From IMG/VR virus record IMGVR_UViG_3300045988_021153, positions 1 through 41,572 of that record: DNA of 41,572 bases; one strand, written 5' to 3'. Below are positions 6,750-13,591 of the stretch, piece by piece. The stretch's first letter is position 1; every line of letters starts with the position of its first letter. Source of the stretch: a virus. Under the pieces are notes generated by a model that was not told the DNA's origin, did not search any database, and saw only the letters and a list, made by a program, of their open reading frames with translations. The position numbers and the translations under genes are program-made.

Positions 6750-7808
6750 TCAGGGATTTTTACTGTTGTTAGCATATTGGTTAGCATTTGCTCCGAAAAA
6801 GGCGGCCATTTTGTTCTGACTTTTGAGCCTGGCAGCGGCGGCAAGGTGCGTGTAAATCTTGTGCATCGTTTGATAGTCAGCCCAGCCGCCGAGCTCCATC
6901 GTCTCCTGCTCCTGCAAGCCGAGATAAAATGCCAGAGACGCGAAGCTATGGCGAAGACCATGCACGCCGACCTGAGGGAGATCGTTGTCGCGGCAGAGCT
7001 GGTTGATCTGAATACGGAGCGTGTTGGCGTGAAATGGATATACAAGGCCATCCGGCTGGTGCGGAGCCGTGCGGCGAATTGCATCGACAAGGGCTGGAAT
7101 CATGATCGGAACGACGCGGCGAGAGGAGGCGTTTTTATTGGTCGGCTTGTGAACGAGCACATTGTCTTCGCTCATAACGGCTGCACCGTGGACGGAAATG
7201 GTGTTTGCGGACAGATCGATTTTGCCAAAGGTCATGGCAAGGATCTCGGAACGGCGAAGGCCGTGAAGCGCAAGCAGCGCGGCAACCTCGAACGACTTTC
7301 CGTGAACAAGATCGACGAAGCGAAGAACTTCGTCCGGCTCCAGCCACGAAGGGTCAGCCGGAACGAGCTGAGGAAGGCGCACGTCCGGCGGCGTCATTCC
7401 GGCATGACGCATAGATGTGCGCAAAAAGCTCCATGCATTTTTTAACGTCTTGGCAGATGTGAGGTCGGCTTCTACGTCGATCACGCGCTGCCAGTTTTTT
7501 ATTTTTGAGGCAGGCTTGTCGGCAATGCTCACAAAACGGTGGTCGCGGATTGTCGCGTAGCCGCGGACTGTGGAGGGCGATGCCGTTTTGCGGATGCTAT
7601 CAATGTAGTCGGCCATGAGGTCGCGGACAGTCTTATCCGTTCTGAATTTGCTGTCGTGGATGTCGGCGCGGTGCTGGGCTTTGATAAGCTGCGCCTGCTT
7701 GATGCAGTCGGAGCGGGTGAGGGCGGAGACGGGGATGCTCTCGCCGCCGAGGCGGAGCTGGATAAACCATGTGCCGGATTTCAGTTTGCGAGGCTCGGGG
7801 ACTTTCAT
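6750..7808 (-). CDS. int: Tyrosine recombinase / phage integrase
   Basis: 352 aa. RBS ggaggtg. Catalytic-type motifs: ALHGLRRSE, HGLRHSFASL, GGWADYQTMHKIYTH. Adjacent to the tRNA-derived attP. Confidence 0.95.
   Translation of the reverse strand: MKVPEPRKLKSGTWFIQLRLGGESIPVSALTRSDCIKQAQLIKAQHRADIHDSKFRTDKTVRDLMADYIDSIRKTASPSTVRGYATIRDHRFVSIADKPASKIKNWQRVIDVEADLTSAKTLKNAWSFLRTSMRHAGMTPPDVRLPQLVPADPSWLEPDEVLRFVDLVHGKSFEVAALLALHGLRRSEILAMTFGKIDLSANTISVHGAAVMSEDNVLVHKPTNKNASSRRVVPIMIPALVDAIRRTAPHQPDGLVYPFHANTLRIQINQLCRDNDLPQVGVHGLRHSFASLAFYLGLQEQETMELGGWADYQTMHKIYTHLAAAARLKSQNKMAAFFGANANQYANNSKNP
6768..6787 (+). repeat. Two direct GTTAGCAT repeats (candidate arm-type sites, right of the core)
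   Basis: GTTAGCAT occurs at 6768..6775 and 6780..6787, inside the 3' end of int. Confidence 0.5.
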
Positions 7809-7866
7809 GGGGCACCTCCAAGGGATACAGAATACCGCTCCGGCGACATGCCGGGGCGGCTATTTT

Positions 7867-8256
7867 TTATGCACGGAACCAACCGACGGTGGGACTCAGG
7901 ATATCCACCACCAGAGCAAAAGCGCAAAGCGCGACGATGCCGAGCAGGACAAGGGTGGTGATGCGGTGCATTTTCAGAGACTTCCGAAGATGCTCGCGCT
8001 GGACACGGAGGCTTTTGTTTTCCAGCCGAAGCAGCTCGGAAACGGACTCCGGAGCGGGAGGCGAAATGCCGAAGTATGCGTTCATGTCGATGCCGAGGGC
8101 ATGGCAGATCGGGCCGACGGTATAGACGGAGGCGCTTTTTGATTCGCCGCGCAGGTATTGAGAAACCGTATTGAGGGCGAGGCCGGCACGGTCGGCGATG
8201 ATCTGGTTTGTGAGATGCTGCGCATCCTTCGCTTCGCGGCAAAGCTGCCACAACAT
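7867..8256 (-). CDS. XRE-family HTH protein with a C-terminal transmembrane anchor
   Basis: HTH region: HLTNQIIADRAGLALNTVSQYLRGE. Coiled-coil: LLRLENKSLRVQREHLRK. TM helix: ITTLVLLGIVALCAFALVV. The start at 8256 was chosen over 8328, and the RBS is weak. Confidence 0.7.
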   Translation of the reverse strand: MLWQLCREAKDAQHLTNQIIADRAGLALNTVSQYLRGESKSASVYTVGPICHALGIDMNAYFGISPPAPESVSELLRLENKSLRVQREHLRKSLKMHRITTLVLLGIVALCAFALVVDILSPTVGWFRA

Positions 8257-8420
8257 TTTTTCCAAAAAAATCACTCCAAACACACAACTGGGGCGTGAAA
8301 GCCCACGAAAAGGGATGGACTTAACCATTGGTAAAAGCGTATGGTTGAACTACAAGCGCTCCCAATCGCTTGCAGGAACCAAAGGCCCGTGCCGGATTTC
8401 GGCACCCGGCGCGGGTGGGA

Positions 8421-9932
8421 TCAACCGATTGGCCGCGTATACCCGGCGGCTTTTGCCTCGGTCACCGTTGACACATAACGATCTGCGACAACAGAATCGT
8501 AGCACTTATCAAACGGAAGATAGAAATACATTTCACCGCCTGCACCCATGGCGCACTTAACAGCAGGATAGTTGCGCAAATCAACGGAATAGTTTTCATA
8601 ATAGTGGAGATTTGGGAAATGCGCAAACGCGGCTTTTGCCTCTGCAGAGATGGAACAGGAACAAACAAGGTGACCGTCTACGCGTATATCAGGATGCTTC
8701 GCCTGAAAGAGAGAAACGGTTCCGAATAGCTGCGTGACAACGTTGGTATGAAGCTCCTTTTCAGAAGCCCAGTATTTACACTGGACAACGCAGAGCTTTG
8801 ACAGATCGCGCTTGAATACAAGAAGGTCGCAGCCCAGATCGCCTTTCCCACATTCGGCACCGTTGTATTGGACAAAGTTACCGGCTCGCTCGTACTGAGA
8901 GCCAACATACCGCTCGAATTCAAGGCCAAGCTGCGGGCGGTTTTTCTTCTTAGCGTTCCACGCATTCAGCGCGATCTGGTACCTGTCCTTTGAATTCCAT
9001 TCGTACAGTGAGAGCAGAGACATGCATTTTTTTCGATCCTCTGCGGACGAAATCAAAGGAAGCCACATATTCTTAGGGGGAACAAGCTTTTCAGGAGGCT
9101 CGGATACGCTGACGGCAAGAGAAGTCTTGAGCTGTTCAAGAGCAGAAAGCACTTTCTCCGCACGCCGCTTTTCCTTTTCAACGGATTCCCACCGCGCGTT
9201 CAGCTCTGAAAGCGAGGACTCGACCGCCTGCGTGTCCAATGTGCTGAGGAGACCAAGGTCAACCGCGAGGTAATACATATGCTTGCAGGGCTGGCGCCGA
9301 AACTGAAAGTCAGGGCAGGTGCAATCGTACAAAGTTGTATGATAGATGCCGTGCAGGCCGGAGATATTCGCGCTTATCTCGACAGGAGAATCGTAAGAAA
9401 TAGGCTCATTCAGCGCGGAGTACAGACGCGGATCCTCAATAAAGCTATAATCCTTCGCCGCCAAGAATGCAGGGGTGGAGTGATATGGCTCCATAAATGC
9501 CAAGGCACGATCCCGCAAGGCGTGCATATTTCTCATGTATAAGTCGAAGCAAACCCGTCTCTCTTTCTCAGAAGCGTCTTTTTCACCCTGCGCGTGGCCG
9601 TCAGAATAGCTTTTGGCCTCCGCAGCGGCGATGGCTTTTTCCTGTCTGGCCATATAATCGTGCTCGGCAGATTTCAACACTTCGCGGCTGGAATTTTCGC
9701 ATTCACATCTTACACGACTACGGATGCGAGGGAGAAGCCAGAGCGATACTGGGATCGTGACGCAGAGGCCAAGAAAATAGAACAGCTCGGATATATGTTC
9801 CAGAATGCCGATGAGCGTCTGGGATCTGTCCTCCAAATGGATACTGAGTTCTTCGACAAGAGAACCCAACAACCAAGAAAGAAACGAAGCGCCGACAAAA
9901 GCAAGGATTTTCTCGGCCAATGGCAACACCAC
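8421..9932 (-). CDS. Membrane-anchored SWIM zinc-finger / Mrr-like (PD-(D/E)xK) nuclease; candidate defence protein
   Basis: 503 aa in a lower-GC stretch. Two N-terminal TM helices. SWIM finger DCTCPDFQFRRQPCKH (CxC-x9-CxH). Mrr_cat-like core LEFERYVG...GDLGCDLLVFK...VVQCKYW. C-terminal motif YFYLPFDKCYDSV..TVTEAKAAGYTRP. GTG start without a clear RBS. Confidence 0.8.
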   Translation of the reverse strand: MVLPLAEKILAFVGASFLSWLLGSLVEELSIHLEDRSQTLIGILEHISELFYFLGLCVTIPVSLWLLPRIRSRVRCECENSSREVLKSAEHDYMARQEKAIAAAEAKSYSDGHAQGEKDASEKERRVCFDLYMRNMHALRDRALAFMEPYHSTPAFLAAKDYSFIEDPRLYSALNEPISYDSPVEISANISGLHGIYHTTLYDCTCPDFQFRRQPCKHMYYLAVDLGLLSTLDTQAVESSLSELNARWESVEKEKRRAEKVLSALEQLKTSLAVSVSEPPEKLVPPKNMWLPLISSAEDRKKCMSLLSLYEWNSKDRYQIALNAWNAKKKNRPQLGLEFERYVGSQYERAGNFVQYNGAECGKGDLGCDLLVFKRDLSKLCVVQCKYWASEKELHTNVVTQLFGTVSLFQAKHPDIRVDGHLVCSCSISAEAKAAFAHFPNLHYYENYSVDLRNYPAVKCAMGAGGEMYFYLPFDKCYDSVVADRYVSTVTEAKAAGYTRPIG

Positions 9933-10049
9933 CGGTAAAATGATAAGCGGGGAACTGCTATTTACAGTCTAGCCCCTTTTCCCAGATGGTGCAAGATGGA
10001 AATGTGAACGAAAAATGAACGGAGTTTTTGTGGAGAAAGGGAGGAAACG

Positions 10050-10148
10050 ATGGAAAAGGCAAGAGAAAGACTACAAAATATCCTTGAGCGGGCGACGGAT
10101 GAGCAGATCTGGCTGCTGCTGTGGCTGGCAGAAAAGATCCTTCGATAA
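10050..10148 (+). CDS. Possible 32-aa ORF
   Basis: RBS aaagggagg precedes the ATG at 10050. MEKARERLQNILERATDEQIWLLLWLAEKILR, followed immediately by a strong terminator. Confidence 0.35.
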   Translation: MEKARERLQNILERATDEQIWLLLWLAEKILR

Positions 10149-10150
10149 GA

Positions 10151-10189
10151 AATCACCGGAAGCGGTCATTCGCTTCCGGTGATTTTTTT
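10151..10189 (+). terminator. Intrinsic terminator (14-bp perfect stem)
   Basis: aatcaccggaagcg-gtcatt-cgcttccggtgatt followed by ttttt. Overlaps the last codons of the minus-strand repressor gene. Confidence 0.75.
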
Positions 10190-10552
10190 CGCGTACTCGT
10201 AGATGTTGTCCCAGAACTCAGGGGGCATTTCCATTGCCGCAGCGATGCAGCGCTTGCGGGTGGATTCGTCGGCCTCGGACAGAACGTCGGCAAACATCAG
10301 GGCCATGCGCTCGTTCTCGCTTCGCTGGACGTACATCGCCCCTTCTCCGGTCTCCAGCCACGCAAGCGACACGCCGAATTCCCGGCAGATGTCCGAGATT
10401 GTGCGGTCTGTAAATGGTTTTCGGCCAGAACATAGGGCAGAAATGTGAGGCTGCGTCAAATGCAGTTTGTCAGCTAACTCGGATTGCGTCAAGCGTAGAT
10501 CTTTCATCAAGTAGACGAGTCGTTCACCGATTGTGCTCAATGGGTTCACCAC
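10166..10552 (-). CDS. CI-like XRE-family repressor
   Basis: IGERLVYLMKDLRLTQSELADKLHLTQPHISALCSGRK is a classic XRE HTH. Divergent from the plus-strand early genes. A TTG at 10540 has better RBS spacing (aaaggtgg-N8) than the GTG at 10552. Confidence 0.85.
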   Translation of the reverse strand: MVNPLSTIGERLVYLMKDLRLTQSELADKLHLTQPHISALCSGRKPFTDRTISDICREFGVSLAWLETGEGAMYVQRSENERMALMFADVLSEADESTRKRCIAAAMEMPPEFWDNIYEYAKKITGSE

Positions 10553-10718
10553 CTTTCACTGAGACTGTAACACAACGCAGAATAAAAATCAAGTGAAAAT
10601 ATATCAAAGAAATAAATTTTGGCTTGACAACATTGATAAGATATGCTACGGTATAGAAAAGAAATAATTCAAGATTTCTTAGATGATGAGAAATGTCGAT
10701 TGGAAGGGGGTGGGAGGT
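10553..10718. promoter_or_regulatory. Divergent lysis/lysogeny switch region
   Basis: AT-rich 166-bp gap. Plus strand: TTGACA at 10624..10629, with only a weak -10 (TACGGT after 17 nt). Minus strand: TTGATA-N17-TATTCT (10607..10579). Confidence 0.5.
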
Positions 10719-10976
10719 ATGACGGAAAGCGAACGCTTTGGACTTCAGCTGTTGGAAGAAACGGCAAAGAACGAGACGCCGACTGCTTATGCGTTAGCCC
10801 TCCGGATGATGGAAGCATCCGAAGGGCTGGGCGCAACGGCGCGAGACTTCGATCGGGCTGTTACGTATGTGCAGCGATGGACGAAATCAACGCAACGGAT
10901 CAAGACTGCCGGTACTACGATAGCGGAGGTCCTGCGCCACAGAGACGCTGTCCTGAAGGAGCTTCAGGAACTCTAG
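10719..10976 (+). CDS. Hypothetical early protein
   Basis: RBS gggaggt precedes the ATG at 10719. 85 aa. First plus-strand gene after the switch region. Confidence 0.6.
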   Translation: MTESERFGLQLLEETAKNETPTAYALALRMMEASEGLGATARDFDRAVTYVQRWTKSTQRIKTAGTTIAEVLRHRDAVLKELQEL

Positions 10977-11099
10977 ATGCACGGAATCCTCCGGCTTTCG
11001 GTTCGGGTTTTTTGCCAGCCATTCGGCAAAGAGAGTCTGCGCGTAGGCCAGCGCGATCTGCTGGTCTACGGGGTCAAGCGTGTAGAAATTATCAGGCAT
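10887..11099 (-). CDS. Hypothetical protein (minus-strand cassette A)
   Basis: RBS ggaggtg lies 5 nt before the ATG at 11099, with its own promoter. The last 90 nt overlap the convergent gene 10719..10976, so the true 3' extent is uncertain. Confidence 0.5.
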   Translation of the reverse strand: MPDNFYTLDPVDQQIALAYAQTLFAEWLAKNPNRKPEDSVHLEFLKLLQDSVSVAQDLRYRSTGSLDPLR

Positions 11100-11121
11100 G
11101 AAATCACCTCCATTCGACCGT

Positions 11122-11149
11122 ATTTTAGCATACGGAAGGGAGGCGTCAA
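11122..11149 (-). promoter_or_regulatory. Minus-strand promoter A
   Basis: Reverse complement reads TTGACG-N16-(TGc)TAAAAT. The inverted repeat CCGTAT-N6-ATACGG (11118..11135) overlaps the -10. Confidence 0.6.
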
Positions 11150-11161
11150 GGGGGTGAGAAG

Positions 11162-11593
11162 TCAGTGAAAAAGGGACGCGAGCAAAGAGATGATCTGGGC
11201 GCGATGCTCAAAAAAGGCCCCGAGGATGAAGACTATAAAATGTTCAAAAATCGCTGCTATTGCCAGCACGTTGCTAAGCTTCTTCTGACGTTTTTCCTCG
11301 GCATGCTGTTTCGCTTCCTTCTCGGCAAGCTGTAGACGCTCTTTTGCCTCCTTTTGGAGGGAAAGAAACAGCTCCGCGCCGGGCTGCTCCAGCTGTACGT
11401 AGGAGCCTGCCGAAAAATCGCCGGAAATGAGGCTCTGGCCGCGCATGGTATTCAGAAGGGATTTCGTCCGGAGAATGTCGAGGCCGGAAAGCGTGACGGC
11501 CTGATTCATCAGGTCAGCAAACTGCATACGCCCGCCGACGCCATAGAGCAGGGCCAGCGGGATATAACGGGTATCCGTTACATGCTCAAACAT
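11162..11593 (-). CDS. Hypothetical protein with a C-terminal TM segment (cassette B)
   Basis: RBS aaaggaggtg precedes the ATG at 11593. 143 aa: coiled-coil KEAKERLQLAEKEAKQHAEEKRQKK, then the hydrophobic stretch LAIAAIFEHFIVFILGAFF. Confidence 0.7.
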   Translation of the reverse strand: MFEHVTDTRYIPLALLYGVGGRMQFADLMNQAVTLSGLDILRTKSLLNTMRGQSLISGDFSAGSYVQLEQPGAELFLSLQKEAKERLQLAEKEAKQHAEEKRQKKLSNVLAIAAIFEHFIVFILGAFFEHRAQIISLLASLFH

Positions 11594-11615
11594 GGAAGCA
11601 CCTCCTTTTGACTGT

Positions 11616-11643
11616 ATTTTATCATACGGTTGGGAAGTGTCAA
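11616..11643 (-). promoter_or_regulatory. Minus-strand promoter B
   Basis: Reverse complement reads TTGACA-N16-(TGa)TAAAAT. An imperfect inverted repeat CTGTAT-N6-ATACGG overlaps the -10. Confidence 0.65.
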
Positions 11644-11659
11644 GAAAGGCGGTGAGAAT

Positions 11660-11872
11660 ATGTCCGAGGAACAGGCAATGGGAGCTGAAAAAAGAATAGA
11701 AGCTTTCTCCAAAAGAAGCTTGGAACGGAGAACGAAATGGAAGCAGGAAGCGGAAATCCGAAGAAGGTACAGGCAGGCGTTAAAAAGCGCCGCACTGCCG
11801 GAGCAGGACGGCGCGGGAAATGTGACCTTGCACTTTAACGGAGAGGCGGAAGCGCGGAATCAAGAGCTTTGA
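11660..11872 (+). CDS. Hypothetical basic protein (starts MSEEQ)
   Basis: The ATG lies inside the 38-nt repeat. 70 aa. The 3' end overlaps the convergent gene 11835..12074 by 38 nt. Confidence 0.45.
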   Translation: MSEEQAMGAEKRIEAFSKRSLERRTKWKQEAEIRRRYRQALKSAALPEQDGAGNVTLHFNGEAEARNQEL

Positions 11873-12074
11873 GCGTAGCCGGGGAAACGTCCGAAATAGC
11901 GGATCGGAGTTTACGCAAGCACTTCATGGCGACTTTATTCTCGTCAACGATGCTGTTTCTGGTATCCGCAGTTATGGCGGCGTCGTTGTCGAGCTGATGG
12001 TTATTCAGGAAAAGGCACTGATGTGTGATGGAGTACAAGAATTCAAGTTCAGTGAGGGAGAAAGACTGATCCAT
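11835..12074 (-). CDS. Hypothetical protein (cassette C, low GC)
   Basis: RBS aaggaggtg precedes the ATG at 12074. 79 aa: MDQSFSLTELEFLYSITHQCLFLNNHQLDND... The longer 472-aa ORF in this frame is a GC-driven artefact. Confidence 0.65.
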   Translation of the reverse strand: MDQSFSLTELEFLYSITHQCLFLNNHQLDNDAAITADTRNSIVDENKVAMKCLRKLRSAISDVSPATLKALDSALPPLR

Positions 12075-12120
12075 TTGTATCACCTCCTTGCCTGCGAAAT
12101 TGAGCTGCCCGGGTGATTCA

Positions 12121-12149
12121 ATTTTACAGGCAAGGGCATGTGGTGTCAA
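12121..12149 (-). promoter_or_regulatory. Minus-strand promoter C
   Basis: Reverse complement reads TTGACA-N17-TAAAAT. The 47-nt leader contains the inverted repeat AAATTGA-N14-TCAATTT. Confidence 0.55.
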
Positions 12150-12165
12150 GAAAGGCGGTGAGAAT

Positions 12166-12309
12166 ATGTCCGAGGAACAGAAGAAGATCGACGGCGTGCT
12201 GCACGAAATGAAGCACATGACCCCGCAGCAGATCGAGGTCATGATCGCATATATGCAGGGGATGGCAACGGCGGCAAAGCTGATGCAGGCAGGACGGAAG
12301 GAGGCGTAA
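12166..12309 (+). CDS. Hypothetical 47-aa protein (starts MSEEQ)
   Basis: Same RBS and first 5 codons as 11660. Its stop is 2 nt before the next ATG, suggesting translational coupling. Confidence 0.55.
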   Translation: MSEEQKKIDGVLHEMKHMTPQQIEVMIAYMQGMATAAKLMQAGRKEA

Positions 12310-12311
12310 AC

Positions 12312-12551
12312 ATGCCGAAGATGAAGGTCGAACGCTCGACGGACTATCGCCTGACGGCGATGATCCGCGGCGAGATGGCAGCGCAGAATGTCAGCGTGGA
12401 GAAGGCCAGCCGGTACGCCGGGTGCTGCGTGAACACGCTTTACAAGGTGTTCGACTCCCCCACCGCGTACATGGACAAGGCGCTGCGCCTGATGCGCGGG
12501 CTGTCCATCCCGATCGAAAAGGTGCGGGAGACGATCACATATCCGTATTGA
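12312..12551 (+). CDS. Small HTH-like protein (Cro/antirepressor-type candidate)
   Basis: 79 aa. AAQNVSVEKASRYAGCCVNTLYKVF resembles a helix-turn-helix. Confidence 0.6.
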   Translation: MPKMKVERSTDYRLTAMIRGEMAAQNVSVEKASRYAGCCVNTLYKVFDSPTAYMDKALRLMRGLSIPIEKVRETITYPY

Positions 12552-12563
12552 GGAGGAAGAAAC

Positions 12564-12827
12564 ATGAGCGACATTGAATTTATCACGGAAATGAACCACC
12601 GGCGCGCACGAGAGCGGGAGCTTGGGATGCGCTATGCGGAGCTTGCGAAGCTGCGCGAGCGGCGCGAGAAGGTACGCCGGCAGGGGATGACGTGCTGCTG
12701 GGTCGGCGGGGCGTTTTTGTACGGGATGGCGCTGGGGCTGCTGGCGTTCGGGGCGCAGCTCCCGGCGCTGATCATCGGCACGGTGGCGGCGGTCGTGGCT
12801 GTGGCCGGGAGCGTGCTGTATGAGTGA
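12564..12827 (+). CDS. Small membrane protein
   Basis: RBS gaggagg. Basic coiled N-terminus, then two hydrophobic helices (WVGGAFLYGMALGLLAFG; LIIGTVAAVVAVAGSVL). Confidence 0.65.
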   Translation: MSDIEFITEMNHRRARERELGMRYAELAKLRERREKVRRQGMTCCWVGGAFLYGMALGLLAFGAQLPALIIGTVAAVVAVAGSVLYE

Positions 12828-13041
12828 TGAGAAGATCACGGTGGCGTTCCGGCCGGAGCAGCTGGAGGATGTGATCGAGGCGCTTGTCCGGGCGGCGGAG
12901 CAGGACGCGGAGGACATTGAGATCCTTGCCAGCATGGCGCATCCGGACCGCGAGATCATCAAGGGACTCGCAGAGAGCCGGAAGCGGCTGAGCACGATCG
13001 CGGCGTGGCTGCAGCACGTCCGGGAGGAGGCGGAGGTGTGA
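12820..13041 (+). CDS. Hypothetical acidic protein
   Basis: 73 aa. The ATG overlaps the upstream stop. Confidence 0.6.
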   Translation: MSDEKITVAFRPEQLEDVIEALVRAAEQDAEDIEILASMAHPDREIIKGLAESRKRLSTIAAWLQHVREEAEV

Positions 13042-13283
13042 GCCGCAAGTATGAGCCGGCGATCCGGCCTGTACCGCCGCCATGCGGGCAGCACTGCCCG
13101 AGCAGGACGGCAGGGTGCAGCGTGATGTGCTGCACGTGGACGCTCTATGAGTCCATCCGGGAGCATATCTACGATGCGAACCATCAAGGGAAGGCGGCGC
13201 TGGAAATGAACCGGAAGGCAAACAAGCAGATGAACGATGCGGTCAAGGGGCAAAGGAGGCCGAGGCTTTATGCGGCAAAATAG
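13038..13283 (+). CDS. Cys-rich hypothetical protein
   Basis: GTG start overlaps the upstream TGA (gGTGTGA), after the RBS ggaggcggagg. Contains PPCGQHCPSRTAGCSVMCCTW. Confidence 0.55.
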   Translation: MSRKYEPAIRPVPPPCGQHCPSRTAGCSVMCCTWTLYESIREHIYDANHQGKAALEMNRKANKQMNDAVKGQRRPRLYAAK

Positions 13284-13518
13284 CTATCCCGGAGAGAGCG
13301 GGCAGCGCAGGACGCGGATCGTGGAGCAGGACGGCTACACGGGAAAGAACTACTTTTCGGTGGTGTACGGGGCGCAGACCGTGACTGTGCACGCGGCGGA
13401 CACGCTCGCGGCATTGTTCGTGGCTGCGAAGCATTGGGGGTACAAGTTCTCGCACCCCGAATATCATCAGAACGCGAAGGCATACAAGCTGCACAGCAAG
13501 CCGGATTTTTTCGGATAA
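13270..13518 (+). CDS. Hypothetical protein
   Basis: RBS aaggagg precedes the ATG at 13270. 82 aa. Confidence 0.6.
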   Translation: MRQNSYPGESGQRRTRIVEQDGYTGKNYFSVVYGAQTVTVHAADTLAALFVAAKHWGYKFSHPEYHQNAKAYKLHSKPDFFG

Positions 13519-13591
13519 AAAAAGCCCTCGACCGGAAGGAGCCGGACGAGGGCGCGGCCATAAGGCCGAACGATGACAAGGAGAGTATAAC

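Noticed and set aside
6690-6755. A possible complete tRNA gene on the minus strand.
   Set aside because: Only the T-arm 3' part, the acceptor 3' strand and CCA are present. The about 60-nt stretch back to a partial 'ctgatg' match is too short for a cloverleaf, and the 5' T-stem does not pair. I interpret it as a tRNA-derived attP core.
6573-7445. 290-aa plus-strand ORF.
   Set aside because: It runs antisense to the integrase gene and through attP and its terminator. It has no RBS and a non-protein-like sequence.
10624-10657. A confident early rightward promoter call.
   Set aside because: TTGACA at 10624 is clear, but the best -10 at 17-nt spacing is only TACGGT, and TATAGA sits 22 nt away. 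I kept this only as part of a low-confidence switch region.
11835-13253. 472-aa minus-strand ORF spanning the early region.
   Set aside because: Only the last 79 codons (11835..12074) have an RBS, a promoter and protein-like sequence. The upstream part is an Arg-rich shadow of the plus-strand genes 12166..13283.
13519-13591. A terminator between 13518 and 13592 (gccctcg...cgagggc hairpin, then cggcc-ataa-ggccg).
   Set aside because: The hairpins are real, but no U-tract follows on the plus strand, and the A-run precedes the hairpin instead. The function is unclear, so it is not annotated as a terminator.
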